Shown here: one piece after another, positions 60,260 to 64,000 of the stretch
Numbering within the stretch: position 1 is the stretch's first letter
Layout of the letters: each line of letters begins with the position of its first letter
Assembly: GCA_965250285.1 (NCBI GenBank)
Contig: OZ252299.1
Span: forward strand, 1,472,001-1,536,000
Length of the DNA: 64,000 bases
From: Myxococcota bacterium
GTDB taxonomy: Bacteria; Myxococcota_A; UBA9160; UBA4427
Reading direction: 5' to 3'
The notes under the pieces: generated by a model
What the model saw: only the letters and a program-made list of their open reading frames with translations
The model's database searches: none
Told to the model about the DNA's origin: nothing
Position numbers and translations under genes: made by a program

Positions 60260-62361
60260 CCTTCGCGCAGCCCGATTGGCTCTTTGCGCTCGTGCTCATC
60301 CCGGGCTTCTGGGCCTGGGCCTCACTGCGCGCGCAGGGTCAGCAGACCGAGAGCGGTCGCGGCGGCGCGCGTGCGCGCTGGCTGAGCGTCGACGGGAGCC
60401 GGGTGCGCCCGTCGCCCGGCCAGCCGGCCGGGCGTCGCTACGGGCTCTGGGCGAGTGCGGGCCTGGCGCTCGGCGTCGTGGCGCTGGCCCAGCCGCAGTG
60501 GGGCGAGGGCGAGATCGTTCGCTTCGACCAGGGTCGTGAGGTGCTGATCGCGCTCGACCTCTCTCGCAGCATGCTCGCCGACGACGTCCCGCCGAACCGA
60601 CTCGAACGCGCCCGCCTGCTGATCGAGTCGACCCTCGGCCAGCTGCGCGGCGAGCGGGTCGGGCTCCTCCTTTTCTCGGGCACCGCCTTTCTGCAGAGCC
60701 CGCTCTCGGCCGACCACGAGGTCCTGCGCGAGCTGTTGCCCGTGCTCGAGCCGGGCTATCTGCCGCGGGGCGGCACCGACTTCGACGCGATGATCGAAGC
60801 GGCCCTCGAGGCGTTCTCGCAGACCGGCGCGGCCGATCGCTACCTCGTCGTCCTGTCGGACGGGGAGAGCCACGAGTTCGACCCCGGCTCGATCGATGCG
60901 CTCGTCGAAGCGGGCGTGCAGGTGGTCGCGCTCGGCATCGGCACCGAAGCGGGTGCGTTGATCCCCGACGGCCGAGGGGGCATCGTGAAGGACGAGCGGG
61001 GGGCCGCCGTGCTCTCGCGGCTCGAACGCCCCGCGCTCGAAGCACTGGCGGAAGGCACAGGGGGCGTCTACGCCGACGCGGCGCAGTGGATCGACCTCGC
61101 GTCGCTCGTCGAGCGCACCGTGAGCACCGGGCAGGTCGGCGACTTCGTCGAGGCACGCGATCGCGCGCGCATCCACCGCTTCCAATGGTGGCTGGCGCCC
61201 GCGCTGCTCTTGCTGCTCGCCAGTCATCTCTTCGAGGTGCCGGCCGCGCCGCGCAGTCGTCGGCTGCACGAGAGGGGGCCGGCGTCGCGCGACCGTCGCT
61301 CGACCGGCCGGGCTGCCGCCGCGGGCGCGGCCGCAGTGTGCCTGGCCCTGGCGACCCCGCTGGCCGGTCCGGCCGACGCGGCGCCCGGCCTCTCGGCGCC
61401 GGGTGCCCCCGCGACCGCGCCGCCCGCACCCGGCGAGCCCGACCCGATCGTCTCGATCGTCGAGCAGCTGGCGACGGCCCCCGAGATCGAGGCGGTCGAC
61501 TACGCCGCGCTCGCGCGCACCACCGTCGAGGTGGGTTTCGCGCGCATGCAGTCCGGCGAGCCGCTGCCGCCCGGCGCCGTGCGCGACGGGATCGACGCGG
61601 TCGAAGCCGGCCGCGCCCTCGACGCCGAAGCGACCGATTGGGCCGAGCTGCTGGCGGCGCTCGAGCAGCTCGCGGAGCCGCCCCCGCCGACGCCGTCCGA
61701 ATCGGACGAGTCGGGGCAGGGTGAGTCGGGCGAGTCCGATTCGAGCGAGCAGAGTGGCGGCGAGTCGGGCGAGTCCGGCGACGCGCAGCAGGGCGACGAA
61801 TCGGGCGGCGAATCGCAATCGGGCGGCGACGACGGCGGCGACGCGTCGGAGTCGTCGGGCGACGACGCATCGGGCTCGGACGACGGCGAGGCCGGCGAAT
61901 CGAGCGAGTCGGGCTCGGACAGCTCCGGCTCGAAGAGCGAAACCGAGGGTCGGCAAGCCGGCGACCCGGGCGAGAGCGAGTCGGCCGAGTCGGGCGGGGC
62001 GCGCGAGCAGGGCGATCCTCAGGCGATGCAGGCCGAAGAGGCCGGCTTCGGCGACCTCGACGAAGGCGGTGACGCGCAGGAAGACGCGGGCGAATCGCAC
62101 GGGGAGACCGAGTCGTTGGCCCAGGAAGGCGAGGGCGCGGCGCAAGAAGAGCCACAGGCCGAGCCGCAGCCGAGCCGGATGGTCGGCGGGACGCGGGGCG
62201 ACAACGATGATCTCATGCAGTCACGCCCCGACCTGGCCGCCGCGGTCGGGCGGATGGAGCGCGTGCGCGAGGGCGACGCCCCCGCCGTGCTCTTCGATCG
62301 CATGAATCGATCCGAGGGCCTGGGCACGGATCGCCGCAATGACGGGGGACGGGACTGGTGA
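60256..62361 (+). CDS. VWA domain protein (BatB-like) fused to a long acidic low-complexity tail ending in RDW
   Basis: DLSRSM, PNRLERAR and LSDGE motifs; Ser/Gly/Glu/Asp-rich region about 61680-62180. Confidence 0.85.
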   Translation: MTFAQPDWLFALVLIPGFWAWASLRAQGQQTESGRGGARARWLSVDGSRVRPSPGQPAGRRYGLWASAGLALGVVALAQPQWGEGEIVRFDQGREVLIALDLSRSMLADDVPPNRLERARLLIESTLGQLRGERVGLLLFSGTAFLQSPLSADHEVLRELLPVLEPGYLPRGGTDFDAMIEAALEAFSQTGAADRYLVVLSDGESHEFDPGSIDALVEAGVQVVALGIGTEAGALIPDGRGGIVKDERGAAVLSRLERPALEALAEGTGGVYADAAQWIDLASLVERTVSTGQVGDFVEARDRARIHRFQWWLAPALLLLLASHLFEVPAAPRSRRLHERGPASRDRRSTGRAAAAGAAAVCLALATPLAGPADAAPGLSAPGAPATAPPAPGEPDPIVSIVEQLATAPEIEAVDYAALARTTVEVGFARMQSGEPLPPGAVRDGIDAVEAGRALDAEATDWAELLAALEQLAEPPPPTPSESDESGQGESGESDSSEQSGGESGESGDAQQGDESGGESQSGGDDGGDASESSGDDASGSDDGEAGESSESGSDSSGSKSETEGRQAGDPGESESAESGGAREQGDPQAMQAEEAGFGDLDEGGDAQEDAGESHGETESLAQEGEGAAQEEPQAEPQPSRMVGGTRGDNDDLMQSRPDLAAAVGRMERVREGDAPAVLFDRMNRSEGLGTDRRNDGGRDW

Positions 62362-64000
62362 GCCGGTTCGTTGGATCGACTTTGATTTTTTGTGTGCTTG
62401 CCCTCGCGTTCGCGGGCACCGCCGCCGCTCAGAGCGTGTACTGGAATCCGCCGGCCGAGCTCGGTCAGGGCCAGCCCGGCTCGATCGACCTCGTCTTCGA
62501 GAGCTGCTCGCCCGAAGACGACGTGTCGTTCCCGGCGACGAACGGGCTCGTCTCGCTCGGCCCACCGAATGAGTCGCGCATGTTCTCGATGGTGAATTTC
62601 AAGTCGACGTCGAGCGTGACCCTCGCGTTCCCGGTGCGCGCGGGACAACCGGGCACCGTGGTGCTGCCCGCGTTCGAGGTCGAGACGAGCGAGGGACCGA
62701 TGCAGGTCGCCGAGTCGCGCGTGCGGGTCACGTCGCCGACGGTGCCGGGCGGGGGCGGCGCGCAGCAGCTGCTCTCCGAGGTGGCCGGTGCGACGCTCGA
62801 GCTGAGCGATCGGTCCCCCTTCGTGGGGGAGGTCGTGACCGTCGTCTTCGGCGTGACGGTCGACGCCCGTCGGCACGCCAACATCGCGAGCCTCATCGTG
62901 TGGGATGCCGACCCGATGATCGTCGAGGGCTGGCAGGATTCGACGCAGACGCCGCAGCGCCAGGGGCGCAATGGCGTGCGCACCGAGACGCGGGGGGTCT
63001 TCACCGAGCCGGGCCTCGTGGTGCTCGAGCCCGCGATGCAGGATCTCAACATCGAGACCGATCAGGGGCGCGGGGGTGGCTTGTTCCGTACGCGGCGCAT
63101 GCGCACGGTGACCGTGCGCTCCGAGCCGGTGCCCGTCGAGGTGCGACCGCTGCCGCCGGGTGCGCCGGCCGAGTTTCAGGGCGCCGTCGGCCGCTTCACG
63201 CTCACGTCCGAGCTCGCACCCGAGCGTGCGCAGGTGGGCGAGCCGTTGACGTGGTCGCTCACGCTCCGCGGGCAGGGCAACTGGCCGGATGGCATCGGCT
63301 TGCCGGCCCGGGCCGTCCCGAATCACGTCGAGGTGATCCAGCCGCGCAGCGTGCGCAGCTTCGAAGAGGGCGACGTGTTCCGCGGCGAGGTGTCGGAGGA
63401 TCTCGTTCTGATTCCCACGCAGCCCGGCACGCTTCGCCTTGCGCCGGTCGCCTTCACGTACTTCGACCCCATGCTCGAGCGCTACGAGACGATCGAGGTC
63501 GCGGCTCCGCCGGTCGAGGTGCTGCCGGCGCCCGTGTCTCCGCGCGGGCCGACGACGGCGGCGCCGCTCCCCGCGCCCAGCCAGCCCGATACGCCCGGGC
63601 CGAGCGGTCTCGTCCCCGAGCCCGAGGTCGGTCTGCTGCCGGGGGAGACCGCCGAGCCGCGGTTGCCCCGAGATCCGGTGCCGGGCGACGGTGTGCGGCC
63701 CGGCTTCGTCGCCGCCCCGATCGGCGTCGGCCCCTGGTTGTTCGGGCTCCTCGCCGGCGCGTTGCCGTGCGGGCTGCTCGTCGCCTGGCTCGGGCGGCGC
63801 CGTGCGGCCCGACTCGACCCGCTCGCGGCGCGGCGCGCGGCCCGCGCGCAGCTCTTCGGGCTGCTGCGCGATGTCGGCGGCGGGGCGCCCGATGAGGATG
63901 CGCTCCTCGGCTGGCAGCGGGCGACCGGGGCGCTGCTCGGCGTCGAGGGCCGCGCGCCGACGGCGGCGCGGCTCGAAGCGATCGGCTGGGGCGCCCGCGC
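62358..64000 (+). CDS. BatD-family protein; 3' end lies outside the window (absent from the ORF track because no stop occurs)
   Basis: GTGA overlap at 62358; signal peptide MSRFVGSTLIFCVLALAFAGTAAA; VRPLP..APAEFQGAVGRF and YFDP motifs. Confidence 0.85.
   Translation, partial: MSRFVGSTLIFCVLALAFAGTAAAQSVYWNPPAELGQGQPGSIDLVFESCSPEDDVSFPATNGLVSLGPPNESRMFSMVNFKSTSSVTLAFPVRAGQPGTVVLPAFEVETSEGPMQVAESRVRVTSPTVPGGGGAQQLLSEVAGATLELSDRSPFVGEVVTVVFGVTVDARRHANIASLIVWDADPMIVEGWQDSTQTPQRQGRNGVRTETRGVFTEPGLVVLEPAMQDLNIETDQGRGGGLFRTRRMRTVTVRSEPVPVEVRPLPPGAPAEFQGAVGRFTLTSELAPERAQVGEPLTWSLTLRGQGNWPDGIGLPARAVPNHVEVIQPRSVRSFEEGDVFRGEVSEDLVLIPTQPGTLRLAPVAFTYFDPMLERYETIEVAAPPVEVLPAPVSPRGPTTAAPLPAPSQPDTPGPSGLVPEPEVGLLPGETAEPRLPRDPVPGDGVRPGFVAAPIGVGPWLFGLLAGALPCGLLVAWLGRRRAARLDPLAARRAARAQLFGLLRDVGGGAPDEDALLGWQRATGALLGVEGRAPTAARLEAIGWGAR

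Noticed and set aside
61680..62180. GAGTCGGGC-like repeats as a DNA repeat element
   Set aside because: Explained by the low-complexity ESG/ESS protein tail within an open frame

Overview
High-GC (roughly 70% by eye) bacterial chromosomal segment, almost fully coding. Gene content (rpoN-ptsN-hprK-rapZ-EIIA-HPr-metK, spoIID-yajC-secD-secF, bactofilin, Ser/Thr kinase, ispD-ispF-uvrB-uvrC, comEC, MoxR/DUF58/VWA/BatD) suggests a Myxococcota/deltaproteobacterium-like organism; this is inference. No rRNA, tRNA, CRISPR array, IS or phage genes were recognised. The most unusual element is a minus-strand heme-copper oxidase operon (about 3593-9118): dihaem cytochrome c, an unannotated 34-aa membrane peptide, CuA subunit II, subunit I, two subunit III paralogs, subunit IV, a small CxxC protein and a small membrane protein. 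Its subunit I keeps every metal ligand, the cross-link Tyr and the full D-channel, but has lost the canonical K-channel residues (PTGIKVFS replaced by PIAEMVFV). Other points of interest: an ECF sigma factor with an unknown partner and a degenerate GGDEF protein, an active/pseudo alpha-beta hydrolase pair, a Mesh1-like HD hydrolase, sigma-54-type promoters upstream of ilvB and of an orphan gene, a 35-bp tandem repeat copying a gene's stop codon, a perfect 16-bp palindrome upstream of rpoN, and a doubly coupled 24-codon mini-ORF in the Bat operon. All calls come from motif recognition by eye; no database searches were run.
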